This document shows, one piece after another, positions 49,157 to 57,835 of a DNA stretch of 64,000 bases (position 1 is the stretch's first letter; every line of letters starts with the position of its first letter). This DNA comes from an uncultured Gammaproteobacteria bacterium. GTDB taxonomy: Bacteria > Patescibacteriota > Patescibacteriia > UBA1558 > 2-01-FULL-52-15. The translations under genes and the position numbers were made by a program. The stretch covers positions 576 through 64,575 of the forward strand of contig CAZIOU010000003.1 of NCBI GenBank assembly GCA_964540995.1, given 5' to 3'. Below the pieces are notes generated by a model, which worked only from the letters and a program-made list of their open reading frames with translations, made no database searches and was not told the origin of the DNA.

Positions 49157-50005
49157 TTAGCCTTTGATGAAACTATAGAGCCAAGTCAGGAGCAGATTGA
49201 AGGGCATCATCAGATACAACCAAGCAACAGCAATGGGATTGCTGTGCTTCTTCATGTAGGTCAGTAGACTGCGATTGAACATCATTTGTAAACGAAGGGT
49301 GAAATGTTGACGGAAAGAAGCTTTGCCATGATGCACAATTTCCGCTGCTGGATAATACAGTAATTTCAGACCAGCTTGTTGTACGCGACGACAGAAGTCA
49401 ACTTCCTCGAACCAAAGATAAAACGATTCATCTAGCGTACCGATCTGGTCTAACAGTGAACGACGGAATAGCAAGGCCGCCCCCATAAGCTGCTCGACTT
49501 CTGCTGCTTGCGAATAATCAAAATCCCAACAGAGATACTGGCGTAAGGGCCAGACTGATGGGAGGACATTAATCATTTTGAGCACGACGGCCGTTTGATC
49601 GGCGACGTTAGGATTGCGCCGGACAGAACGTTGCCTGCTACCGTCAGGATTGAGCAAGGCCGGAGCGATAATACCAACCTGCGGCTTTTGTGCCAATTGA
49701 TCCACTAACTGTGCTAATGCAGTCGGCTTAACTTCCGTATCGGGATTGAGCATCAGGATGTAATCACCGGTGGCTTGAGCCAATCCTTGGTTATTGGCAG
49801 CGGCGAACCCTAAGTTAGTATCGTTAGCAATTAGTCTGACCTGAGGAAATTCCGACATCACCATGACTCGTGAGCCATCGCTGGAATGATTATCAATGAC
49901 GATAACTTCCAGTTCTAACGCTTTAGAGGATCGCTGCAACGACTGCAGACATTGTCGCAATAACCCGCGCACATTCCAGCTAACGATGACAACAGACAGC
50001 TTCAT
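49157..50005 (-). CDS. family-2 glycosyltransferase
   Basis: 'LSVVIVSWN', 'IVIDNHSSDGS'. Confidence 0.85.
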   Translation of the reverse strand: MKLSVVIVSWNVRGLLRQCLQSLQRSSKALELEVIVIDNHSSDGSRVMVMSEFPQVRLIANDTNLGFAAANNQGLAQATGDYILMLNPDTEVKPTALAQLVDQLAQKPQVGIIAPALLNPDGSRQRSVRRNPNVADQTAVVLKMINVLPSVWPLRQYLCWDFDYSQAAEVEQLMGAALLFRRSLLDQIGTLDESFYLWFEEVDFCRRVQQAGLKLLYYPAAEIVHHGKASFRQHFTLRLQMMFNRSLLTYMKKHSNPIAVAWLYLMMPFNLLLTWLYSFIKG

Positions 50006-50006
50006 C

Positions 50007-51194
50007 TTAAGCGTTTATTTTTTTCTCCACGATGTCTACCATGGCGTCAACCGTTTTGATCCAAGAATAGCGCTCCATCAAGGTTTTCTTGGCTTGCGCT
50101 TTGGTCTCGTCGCCAATGTCAGCAATAGCCAGTTGCAGCTGGTCATGGAAAGCCTCATAACTATCAGCAATATAGATCTGGTCATGGAACATTTCGGCTC
50201 CACTCCCCGCCGTTGCTACCACCGGTTTACCGCAAGCTAGATATTCGTACATTTTCATCGGATTGGTAGAGGCGATGAATTCATCTTGTTTGTGCGGTAT
50301 CAGACCAATGTCAAATTGTTGGATGTACATAGGAGATTCAGAATATTCTTTGTAACCGAGGAAATGAATATTGGGTAAGGCTTGTAACTCTTTGGAATCT
50401 TCGGCGTACCAGACAGGACCACAGAGTACGAAGGATTTGTCAGGATTTTTCTCGGCCAGATATTTGATCAACGGCAGATCGACTCGTTTCTGGATGACGC
50501 CAATGTAACCAATAATCGGTCGTGGCAAATCAGCAATATCACGATTGACCAGACGCCACGGCTGTTGATAATGTTTTAGATCCACGCCATTGGGGATCCA
50601 ATAGACATTAGGTTGATTGTCGAAAACTTTCTGCAAATCTTCGGACACCGTGAAGATGACGTGACTGTGTTTCTTGATGTATTGATAGTTGTCTTGCAAT
50701 CGTTTCTTGATGAAACCATAGGAGCTGTGCTCGGCCCAGTTATCAACCGCGTCGAAAATAGTGAATTCAGCTTTGAGCGGTTCGAGATATGGCATGATCG
50801 GCGGGAAGAAGGACCAGACCACCGTAGTTTCAAATCCCAACTTGGTCAATGTCTGACGCAAGCGTTTGATGTAGCCTTGGGGATCGAGATGGAAAGAAAT
50901 GTCAGAGTAAACAAATTGCCGATCCGATAGTTGGATCGTTCGTTGCCACAGTGAACGTTGGATCACCTTGCCGCTCTTGAGCGGAGTGATGATAGTTTCT
51001 TTGAAATTACGAGCAGCTCGTTTCCAAGTTAGTGGCGGATAGTCGATGCAGATAATTTTGCGAAATTCGTGTCGCTTGGCCAATTCTTGCCAGATGTGGA
51101 AATTGCGGTTATGCACACCGTGCTCCCACTCGGTGAAATTGGACATATTGATCAAGACCAGATCGATCGGTTTCATATTAGGACAGTATAGCAT
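50007..51194 (-). CDS. family-1 (GT4-like) glycosyltransferase
   Basis: C-terminal 'FDIGLIPHK..E..STNPMKMYEYLACGKPVVAT'. Confidence 0.85.
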   Translation of the reverse strand: MLYCPNMKPIDLVLINMSNFTEWEHGVHNRNFHIWQELAKRHEFRKIICIDYPPLTWKRAARNFKETIITPLKSGKVIQRSLWQRTIQLSDRQFVYSDISFHLDPQGYIKRLRQTLTKLGFETTVVWSFFPPIMPYLEPLKAEFTIFDAVDNWAEHSSYGFIKKRLQDNYQYIKKHSHVIFTVSEDLQKVFDNQPNVYWIPNGVDLKHYQQPWRLVNRDIADLPRPIIGYIGVIQKRVDLPLIKYLAEKNPDKSFVLCGPVWYAEDSKELQALPNIHFLGYKEYSESPMYIQQFDIGLIPHKQDEFIASTNPMKMYEYLACGKPVVATAGSGAEMFHDQIYIADSYEAFHDQLQLAIADIGDETKAQAKKTLMERYSWIKTVDAMVDIVEKKINA

Positions 51195-52347
51195 TAAGCT
51201 GGTTAGCCTTGGTGGTCCAATCAGGTAAGGTTTGGAGCTGATTGTAAGCGGCTTCGCCTAATTGTTGGCGCACTTCTGGATGGTCTAGTAGGTATTTCAG
51301 ATTAGCACTAATCGCTTCCAGTGAGGTGCTATCAACCAACAAACCGCTAACTTCGTGCTGCAGTATTTCTTCGGCTGAAGTATGTTGACCAGCGATGATC
51401 GGCAAGTGGAAATGAGCAGCGTCGAGATAGACGATGCCATAGCCTTCGATATCAGCACCAAGATTCAGTGTGGGTAACATGAAGATATCGGCTGCCTGAT
51501 AGTAGTTAGCAATATCCTCGTCACTGACATCAGTTAGGAAGGAAACCTGATCATTAATTTTCAGTTCGGTTGCGAGATGCTGTAAGGAAGCTAATTCTGG
51601 ACCGTTGCCAACGATGAGATAGTGACTATCATCACGACCCAAGGCATTCATCGCTTTCAACATCAGTTCATGATTCTTGCGTTTCACTAGACGACTAACA
51701 GTAAGGATGATCTGTTGGCCGACAAACTGTTGCTTGATAGCGGCGACACGCACTGGATCGGCTACCAGTCGTCCTGTCATGTACGGTGTGATCACGGTTA
51801 ATTTATTGGCCGGCAAAAGTGGCGCTACGATGGATCGGGTTGTTTCGCTGTTGACGATGACGTGATGGGCATTGGTCAGTAGACGAATGGCAGTCGTGCG
51901 ATCTTTGGCCAAAGCCAGATTGATATCCAGACCGTGTAATGACAAAACGTAGGGAAGGTTTAATTTCTTGCCGACTTTTTCCGCGATCAAGCCCAGCGGC
52001 AAAATGTGTGGTGTGAAAATAAGTTCAATCTTTTGTTGCTGACACAATTTCTTGACATTACGATAACCAGTTAGCCAGCGCGGGCGGAAGAGCTTTCCGA
52101 GAAGAGGTACTCGGTGCTCGTTACTAGGTACTCGGGAAGACGCGGGCGACCGAGTCGCGAGTAGCGAGTCGCTAGTACCGATTTGTCCGTCTCGAGCACC
52201 AAGTGACGAGTCCCCAGCCCCGCTCTTCATATCATGCGCCACAATATAATTTTGCTGTGGCAAATGTGAAAATAAACCGTAGCAATAATTGGCAATGCCG
52301 CCGCGGAAGGGGAAATATTCGTGTGTGAGGAGAAGGGTTTTTTTCAT
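51178..52347 (-). CDS. family-1 (GT4-like) glycosyltransferase carrying an in-frame insertion of repeat element B
   Basis: N-terminus 'MKKTLLLTHEYFPFRGGIANY' and C-terminus 'EGYGIVYLDAAHFHLPIIAG' are typical GT4. Residues about 42-85 (SGAGDSSLGARDGQIGTSDSLLATRSPASSRVPSNEHRVP) are low-complexity and are encoded by the element at 52090-52215. Confidence 0.8.
   Translation of the reverse strand: MKKTLLLTHEYFPFRGGIANYCYGLFSHLPQQNYIVAHDMKSGAGDSSLGARDGQIGTSDSLLATRSPASSRVPSNEHRVPLLGKLFRPRWLTGYRNVKKLCQQQKIELIFTPHILPLGLIAEKVGKKLNLPYVLSLHGLDINLALAKDRTTAIRLLTNAHHVIVNSETTRSIVAPLLPANKLTVITPYMTGRLVADPVRVAAIKQQFVGQQIILTVSRLVKRKNHELMLKAMNALGRDDSHYLIVGNGPELASLQHLATELKINDQVSFLTDVSDEDIANYYQAADIFMLPTLNLGADIEGYGIVYLDAAHFHLPIIAGQHTSAEEILQHEVSGLLVDSTSLEAISANLKYLLDHPEVRQQLGEAAYNQLQTLPDWTTKANQLNAILS
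52085..52215. repeat. palindromic MITE-like element, copy B (inside a CDS, inverted relative to A)
   Basis: GGTACTCGGTGCTCGTTACTAGGTACTCGGGAAGACGCGGGCGACCGAGTCGCGAGTAGCGAGTC...GAGTCCCCAGCCCC. Shares GAAGACGCG..CCGAGTCGCGAGTA.CGAGTC and CCCAGCCCC blocks with revcomp(A). Confidence 0.7.
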
Positions 52348-52470
52348 GGGGGTTGGGAATTGGGAATCAGGAATTAGGCGTTAGGAATTGGCAATTTGGT
52401 TTTTAGTAAATTATGGCCTCTCTGATTCCTACTGCCTAATGCCTACGGCCTAAGGAACTGGATTAATGAT

Positions 52471-53910
52471 TTAACGTTTGAGACTCGCTAACAAAGTACG
52501 TAAGTCAGCTGGTTTAAGTAGCCCAAGGATCCAGGTTCCTGCCAGGTAGGCTAGAGCAGCCAAAGCTATAGTTAGGTAGATATTGAGGTAATGGACTAGG
52601 AAAAGGATCAGCAGGGCCATCAGGAAGGCCATTATAAGCGTTTTAACGGCCATTATAAGCGTTTTGGCCCTGTTATAGGCTATATGGCGGTTGAGCACCC
52701 ATAAGCTCAAAATAAAGACCAAAATGGTACTAGTGGTCGAAGCCGCAGCCGCTCCCCGTGCCCCGTACATCGGGATCAGGATAAGGTTGCTGGTCACATT
52801 CCAGATAAGACCAGCAGTCACGATGGCGGTCTGCGCCCGCTGTTGGTTAATGGCATTGAGCAAAGAGCCCAAAGGAAAATTGATAAACAGAAATGGTAAA
52901 TTGGTGATCAGGATTTGTAAGGGCAAGACAGCATTGCCGAAAGCGCCGGTATAAATATGCGGTATCACATACGGTGCAGACACGATCAAACCTAAACTAA
53001 TGGGAGCAGCGACTAATAACAGATAGTGAATCGAACGAGTGAAGGTGACGGCTAGTTGCTCACGATCGTGCTGCCAGTAGTAGGCAAAGGCCGGATATAG
53101 TGCAGCGACGAAAGCTAATGGTATGAATTGGAAAGCAAAAGTAATTTTGTAGGCCACAGAATAATAACCGACTTCGGTGCTGCCCTGCATCAAGCGCAAC
53201 AAGACAGAATCAGTATAGGCATATAAGCGTGTAAAGACTGCAGCCAGAGCAAACGGTACGATCAAAGTCCATAATTCACGCAGTAGACCTTGATTCCAAG
53301 TCCAGTGCAGATGAAATCCGACTTTGCGCCGAGCGACCCACCACGAGTAAGCGAAGTTGAAGCTGCTGGCCACTACCAGGGCAACGATCAAAATGTCGAC
53401 GGGGAAGTGCAGACGTATCAAGGTGAAGCCAATGACGAGAATGATGAATTGGTGTAGCAGCGTGGCGAAACTTTCGTAGCCTAAGTTTTGTTTACCACGG
53501 ATACCGGAATAAAAAATTAAGGTAAAGCCATCCATAACCATGGCGATAGCGGCGACGATGATCAAGATGGCAGTCGCTAGATCGTGTACCAAGAAAGGGG
53601 TGATCAATCCCAACGCTACAATGACAAACAGTGACGTGACGATCTTGAGCGAGATGATCTGGTTAAATAATTTATCAGCGCCCTCCCCGCCTTTGGCCAC
53701 TTCGCGGGTAGCGATAGCGGACATACCGAGGTCAGCGAAGACGGCAAAGATTAGGACATAGGAAGTAGCGAAGAAGTATTTACCGGTATCCTCTGGGCCG
53801 AGGTAGCGGGCCAATAAGGTGAAATAAACAAAAGAAATGACCTTCTGCAAGGTCAGGGCAATCATATACCAGGCGGCATTGGAGGTGACTTTCTGGGTCG
53901 AAACTGACAT
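52471..53910 (-). CDS. Wzx-like oligosaccharide flippase (polysaccharide biosynthesis protein, MOP superfamily)
   Basis: 14 predicted TM helices and a typical N-terminal region. It contains a 21-bp in-frame tandem duplication at about 52600-52645 (KTLIMAV KTLIMAF). Confidence 0.75.
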   Translation of the reverse strand: MSVSTQKVTSNAAWYMIALTLQKVISFVYFTLLARYLGPEDTGKYFFATSYVLIFAVFADLGMSAIATREVAKGGEGADKLFNQIISLKIVTSLFVIVALGLITPFLVHDLATAILIIVAAIAMVMDGFTLIFYSGIRGKQNLGYESFATLLHQFIILVIGFTLIRLHFPVDILIVALVVASSFNFAYSWWVARRKVGFHLHWTWNQGLLRELWTLIVPFALAAVFTRLYAYTDSVLLRLMQGSTEVGYYSVAYKITFAFQFIPLAFVAALYPAFAYYWQHDREQLAVTFTRSIHYLLLVAAPISLGLIVSAPYVIPHIYTGAFGNAVLPLQILITNLPFLFINFPLGSLLNAINQQRAQTAIVTAGLIWNVTSNLILIPMYGARGAAAASTTSTILVFILSLWVLNRHIAYNRAKTLIMAVKTLIMAFLMALLILFLVHYLNIYLTIALAALAYLAGTWILGLLKPADLRTLLASLKR

Positions 53911-54054
53911 ATGGGCAGTATAGCAAATTAGACTAATTTATCTAGTGTTTTGGCAAGGGGAAGATAGGGAGCTCGCAAAGGGTAATTCGTAATACGTAAT
54001 GCGTAATTACGTGCTACACCTTACGTTGTACGCCGTACGTCTTACGCTTTACGT

Positions 54055-54100
54055 CTCTAAAAAAATCCCCCCATACACGAATGTACGAGGGGATGGTTGG
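54055..54100 (-). terminator. terminator (shared motif with 55195-55243)
   Basis: Minus strand: CCATCCCCTCGTACA..TGTATGGGGGGATTTTTTTAGAGA. Confidence 0.6.
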
Positions 54101-54970
54101 TCAGACTGGTTGCTCTTCGACTGGCTTTTGCTGTTCGGCAGCTTTGGCTTCAGCATCCAGAATTGCGGTGGCTTGATCGGCCCATCGAGCACGACGCAGG
54201 CTGCTCATGATGCGGAAGTCGTCCCAGATATGCAGTTTGAGTATTAGTTGCTCCAGCTCAACACGCATTCTGCGACCGACTTCGGATTTGATCTTGCCCT
54301 TCTCGGTTCGTTCTCGATTACTTCTTTCGATCACGACGCTGACCCCGATACCCAAGGTGTCGATTACCTGATTCATGTAGTCCTCGTCACCTTGGGCAGA
54401 ATAATGACCATTCATCCATACTAGTAGCTCTGTCGTAGACAGTCGGCCAACTGACCGTCCCAAATCATCAAGAAGTTGACACGTACTATTTGGAGTCCAG
54501 GCTTGTATTTTCTTCCATCTGTATTCACGGTCGTCAGTGCAAACAAACGAACACGACCGAAATATTCCGCGATTGCGAAGTTGGAGGATGAAGTGTCGGA
54601 TCTTGACCGCGTGTCGCTCGTCCAGCTCGTTGGCATAGTAGAAATACCATCCATCACCGATCTCTAAGGGTGCTATTAGATGTGTATGTTGTTTACCATT
54701 CACATCTTCGAACTGGTACACTTCCTGACCAATGACGGAGTAGCGAATTAGGTCACTGAGATTGATCAGGAACCAGAAAACACAGACAGCAGATAGCACG
54801 AAGCAAACTTCCTGTAGGATACCATTGTTGACATTACACATTATGCCCAGATAAATGGCACCGAAAAGCCATAGCGCTAGACTAGAAATACCTTTGGCAC
54901 ATGAATAACGCCACAACTCTTTTTCGCAGCCGCAGTTCCGTTGTTTGCTTTTTGCTTCTTCGTCTGACAT
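54101..54970 (-). CDS. membrane protein with N-terminal Cys cluster, 2 TM and a conserved C-terminal domain (tandem paralog 1)
   Basis: 'NCGCEKE..C', two TM helices, 'VYQFEDVNGKQHTHLIAPLEIGDGWYF' homologous to the downstream paralog. Confidence 0.55.
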   Translation of the reverse strand: MSDEEAKSKQRNCGCEKELWRYSCAKGISSLALWLFGAIYLGIMCNVNNGILQEVCFVLSAVCVFWFLINLSDLIRYSVIGQEVYQFEDVNGKQHTHLIAPLEIGDGWYFYYANELDERHAVKIRHFILQLRNRGIFRSCSFVCTDDREYRWKKIQAWTPNSTCQLLDDLGRSVGRLSTTELLVWMNGHYSAQGDEDYMNQVIDTLGIGVSVVIERSNRERTEKGKIKSEVGRRMRVELEQLILKLHIWDDFRIMSSLRRARWADQATAILDAEAKAAEQQKPVEEQPV

Positions 54971-55194
54971 TGATGCTCCTTAGGGTGAATCTGTATCTGG
55001 TTGTTAGATACTATTTCACCGGAAGAAGGTGCTAAGATAGGCCATTTCTGCGAGATGGCAGAACATTCCTATCAGAGCGGTGTAAATGAACTGTTGCAGT
55101 TTTACTATGGATGGAGTCATTTGTCAATCGTTATTAGTTATTAGGGTAGGTTGCCCTCTCTTCCCGAATAACGAGTAACTAATAAAAAATATCT

Positions 55195-55243
55195 CTCTTC
55201 AAAAAAATCCCCCCGCACTATGCGTACGAGGGGATGGTTATCA
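55195..55243 (-). terminator. terminator (paralogous to 54055-54100)
   Basis: Minus strand: CCATCCCCTCGTACGCATAGTGCGGGGGGATTTTTTTGAAG. Confidence 0.6.
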
Positions 55244-56089
55244 TCAGGCGACGGTTTCCGAAGGTTGCGTCGGTTCTGATGACAGCTGTTCTGCCGTGAG
55301 AGATGAACCAGGGTAGAGTCGCTTGAACTCCAATCCAGCAACTTCTTCCCATTCAGCGACTTGCTTCTGGTCACGGAATTGTGCCAAACTCTCCTCGAGT
55401 GTGCGTCTCATTGCTGCGGCATTGGGTGAGGGCTGCGTCTGCCGACCAAACTGCGCCTGACGTCTGGCCAGACACATGGCGACACCGAGACGGAAGGTGT
55501 GCTCCTGGTACTCAGACCAGTCGTCACAGGAGTTGATGATAGTTAAAGCCTCACCAACTGAGACTCTCGGTCCTCTATTACAGCGGTCTCGAAGTTCAAC
55601 CGAATCAGAGTGATACGCCGAGTAAGCTCGAATCTCTTTCCAGGAGTAATCGACGGGATTGAGCACATACGACCTTGTGTTTGACCAACCATTTGGGCGG
55701 ATAACTACGATATACTTTTTGATCTGGATCGCCGTTCCGTTGGGATTGTTGCAGTGCCAGATCTGACCGACACGGATCGGAAGCGTGACATGCAGATGTT
55801 CTACGCCTTTGGCATCTTGGAAAAGGTAGAGTTCCTGCTTGCTACTGCAAATCATAAGGATCACTGCGATGACCATACATATGAATGAAGTGGGTAGTAC
55901 GAATTGAGAGGAGTTAGGTGTTAGCTGTTGATTCTGCAATGAGTCAAATAGAGCGGCAATGAACAGTAGGATACTGATTAACCCAAAGATAATTGAGAAT
56001 TTGGCTGAATGCTTAAGCCGTTCCTCGGATTGAGAATCAGGAACTGTTACGCAATATTCACAGCCTGGTTTGTACATATTGAACCTCAC
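55244..56089 (-). CDS. membrane protein with N-terminal Cys cluster, 2 TM and a conserved C-terminal domain (tandem paralog 2)
   Basis: 'PGCEYC', two TM helices, 'LYLFQDAKGVEHLHVTLPIRVGQIWH'. Confidence 0.55.
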   Translation of the reverse strand: MRFNMYKPGCEYCVTVPDSQSEERLKHSAKFSIIFGLISILLFIAALFDSLQNQQLTPNSSQFVLPTSFICMVIAVILMICSSKQELYLFQDAKGVEHLHVTLPIRVGQIWHCNNPNGTAIQIKKYIVVIRPNGWSNTRSYVLNPVDYSWKEIRAYSAYHSDSVELRDRCNRGPRVSVGEALTIINSCDDWSEYQEHTFRLGVAMCLARRQAQFGRQTQPSPNAAAMRRTLEESLAQFRDQKQVAEWEEVAGLEFKRLYPGSSLTAEQLSSEPTQPSETVA

Positions 56090-56245
56090 GACGTCAGGCC
56101 AGATTCACCTAACGACAGAGTGCCAAGATACAGCCATCCCTATCAGTTGATTGGGCATTCCGTATCAGGGCGATGTGTAAATGAACTAGACCTACCCTAC
56201 TGATTTTCGTCTCTACCGTCAAGCCAACCTGCCTGCTGCAGCTTG

Positions 56246-56300
56246 TCGTTTCGACCGAAGTCCCGCTCGGGTGGGACGAGCAGAGAAACCTTTATTATAC
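56246..56300 (-). repeat. inverted copy of the GIY-YIG-flanking repeat
   Basis: GTCGTTTCGACC[hairpin]GAGCAGAGAAACCTTTATTATA equals revcomp of the conserved ends of 56856-56917. Confidence 0.6.
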
Positions 56301-56396
56301 TTTGGGTGGCAATACAGTATTTAGTAAAGGTTTCTCTGCTCGTTATCTTATGGATAGCTGGGAAAAGTCACAATCATAATTGGTTGCTGTGTAGTG

Positions 56397-56458
56397 TGTA
56401 ATAAAGGTTTCTCCGCTCTCTACGCCTGCGGCTTCGTTCGGTCGAAACGACAGAGCAA
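56397..56458 (+). repeat. direct repeat R1 flanking the GIY-YIG gene (3' side)
   Basis: GTGTAATAAAGGTTTCTCCGCTC[22-nt hairpin]GTCGAAACGACAGAGCA. Confidence 0.7.
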
Positions 56459-56460
56459 TA

Positions 56461-56787
56461 TTAATCTTCGCGAGGGACTATCTCCTCCCCCGTCAGAGCA
56501 AAGTCATACAAGTCGATGAATTTGGGATTATAGATTTGGATGAGTTGTAATTTTTTATTTCTGTTCCAGCGTTTGATTTGCTTCTCGCGCGCGATGGCCT
56601 CTAATGGACTACCATAATGTTGGAAGAAAAGCAGTTTGTGTGTATTGTAGTGGGCGCTAAAACTTCGAGGATTATATTTTGTCCGATGTTCATTAATTCG
56701 CCGCTCAATGTTATTCGTAATGCCCACGTAAATACAGGTATTGTATTTGTTACTAATTATATAGGTGGTGTAGATGCGATCTGGCAT
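56461..56787 (-). CDS. GIY-YIG nuclease family protein (second copy, diverged)
   Basis: 'IYTTYIISNKYNTCIYVGITNNIERRINEH'. Confidence 0.8.
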   Translation of the reverse strand: MPDRIYTTYIISNKYNTCIYVGITNNIERRINEHRTKYNPRSFSAHYNTHKLLFFQHYGSPLEAIAREKQIKRWNRNKKLQLIQIYNPKFIDLYDFALTGEEIVPRED

Positions 56788-56855
56788 TGGAGGTTAAATA
56801 AACTGTAATAATTTTTTTTGGCCTGTCTGGCTACGCAAACTTGGAGAAGTCTCGA

Positions 56856-56917
56856 TTATGTGTAATAAAGGTTTCTCCGCTCACCTCTCGCCGCGAGAGG
56901 TTTGGTCGAAACGACAG
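56856..56917 (+). repeat. direct repeat R2 flanking the GIY-YIG gene (5' side)
   Basis: TGTGTAATAAAGGTTTCTCCGCTC[ACCTCTCGCCGCGAGAGGTTTG]GTCGAAACGACAGAGCA. Ends are identical to R1; the middle hairpin differs. Confidence 0.7.
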
Positions 56918-56924
56918 AGCAGAA

Positions 56925-56960
56925 AATAAAACAAGGTATCGAATGATACCCTGTTTTTTG
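56925..56960. terminator. bidirectional terminator after rpsI
   Basis: CAAGGTATC-GAAT-GATACCCTG with A-tract 5' and T-tract 3'. Confidence 0.65.
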
Positions 56961-57018
56961 TAATATATTGTGTCTAGCGTTTCGACCATCCCCTCGGCTT
57001 TGCTCGGGGTTCCGCAAG

Positions 57019-57423
57019 CTAACGCTTGCTCCATTGAGGGGCGCGACGAGCACGTTTCAAACCTGGCTTCTTACGTTCTTTCTTGCGAGAATCGCGAGTG
57101 AGTAAACTATTTTTCTTCAAAGTAGATTTGACTGTCTCGTCCATTTTGAGTAGAGCGCGGGCAACAGCGTGACGGACAGCTTCTGATTGGGAAGATTTAC
57201 CACCACCGGAAACTTTGACGGAGATGTTCAACCGATCCTGACCCACTAGCTTCATTGGTTCGAGGATATTCTCTTGCCACTGGGCATAGGGGAAATACTG
57301 CTTCCAATCAACGTCATTGACGGTCATGGTGAAAGCCTGATCATCAGATTTGTTGATGCGTAGACGGGCAACAGCAGTTTTGCGGCGACCGACAGTGATA
57401 ATAGTGGTAGTTCGAGCAGTCAT
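57019..57423 (-). CDS. rpsI: 30S ribosomal protein S9
   Basis: C-terminal 'GLKRARRAPQWSKR'. Confidence 0.95.
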   Translation of the reverse strand: MTARTTTIITVGRRKTAVARLRINKSDDQAFTMTVNDVDWKQYFPYAQWQENILEPMKLVGQDRLNISVKVSGGGKSSQSEAVRHAVARALLKMDETVKSTLKKNSLLTRDSRKKERKKPGLKRARRAPQWSKR

Positions 57424-57433
57424 GGTTTAGAAA

Positions 57434-57835
57434 TTAGGATTTAACTTCAGTCTTAGGCTTAGGAGGGTTACCGAACGTCATGCGCTTAATACGAGCAGAC
57501 CGTAGTCGGTTCTTGGGTAACATGTCATTGACCATTTTCCACAACAACTTCTTAGGGTTCTTGAGGTTCATCTCTTTCAACGGAGTGGTGATGATACCAC
57601 CTGGGTAACCAGTATAACGATGGTAGACTTCCTTTTCTAATTTCTTACCGCTGAATTTGAGTTTGTCGATATTATAAACTTTGACCATGTCTCCCCCATC
57701 GATATGAGCTTGGTAGTCAACTTTGTGTTTACCAATTAACCAGGTAGCGATCTGGGTAGCGATACGGCCGGCGTTATTGGATGAAGCGTCGATTGTCTTG
57801 ATTTCTCGTTTGATCATATTATTGCAGATATTCAA
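57434..57835 (-). CDS. rplM: 50S ribosomal protein L13
   Basis: 'GRIATQIATWLIGKHK', 'YHRYTGYPGG'. Confidence 0.95.
   Translation of the reverse strand: MNICNNMIKREIKTIDASSNNAGRIATQIATWLIGKHKVDYQAHIDGGDMVKVYNIDKLKFSGKKLEKEVYHRYTGYPGGIITTPLKEMNLKNPKKLLWKMVNDMLPKNRLRSARIKRMTFGNPPKPKTEVKS

Noticed and set aside
56215-56925. Possible CRISPR array, suggested by the recurring GTCGAAACGACAGAGCA / GGTTTCTCCGCTC repeats.
   Set aside because: Only three full copies exist. One is inverted, the spacing is irregular, and the unit ends are fixed while the middles vary. The repeats flank a protein gene instead of short unique spacers, and there are no cas genes.
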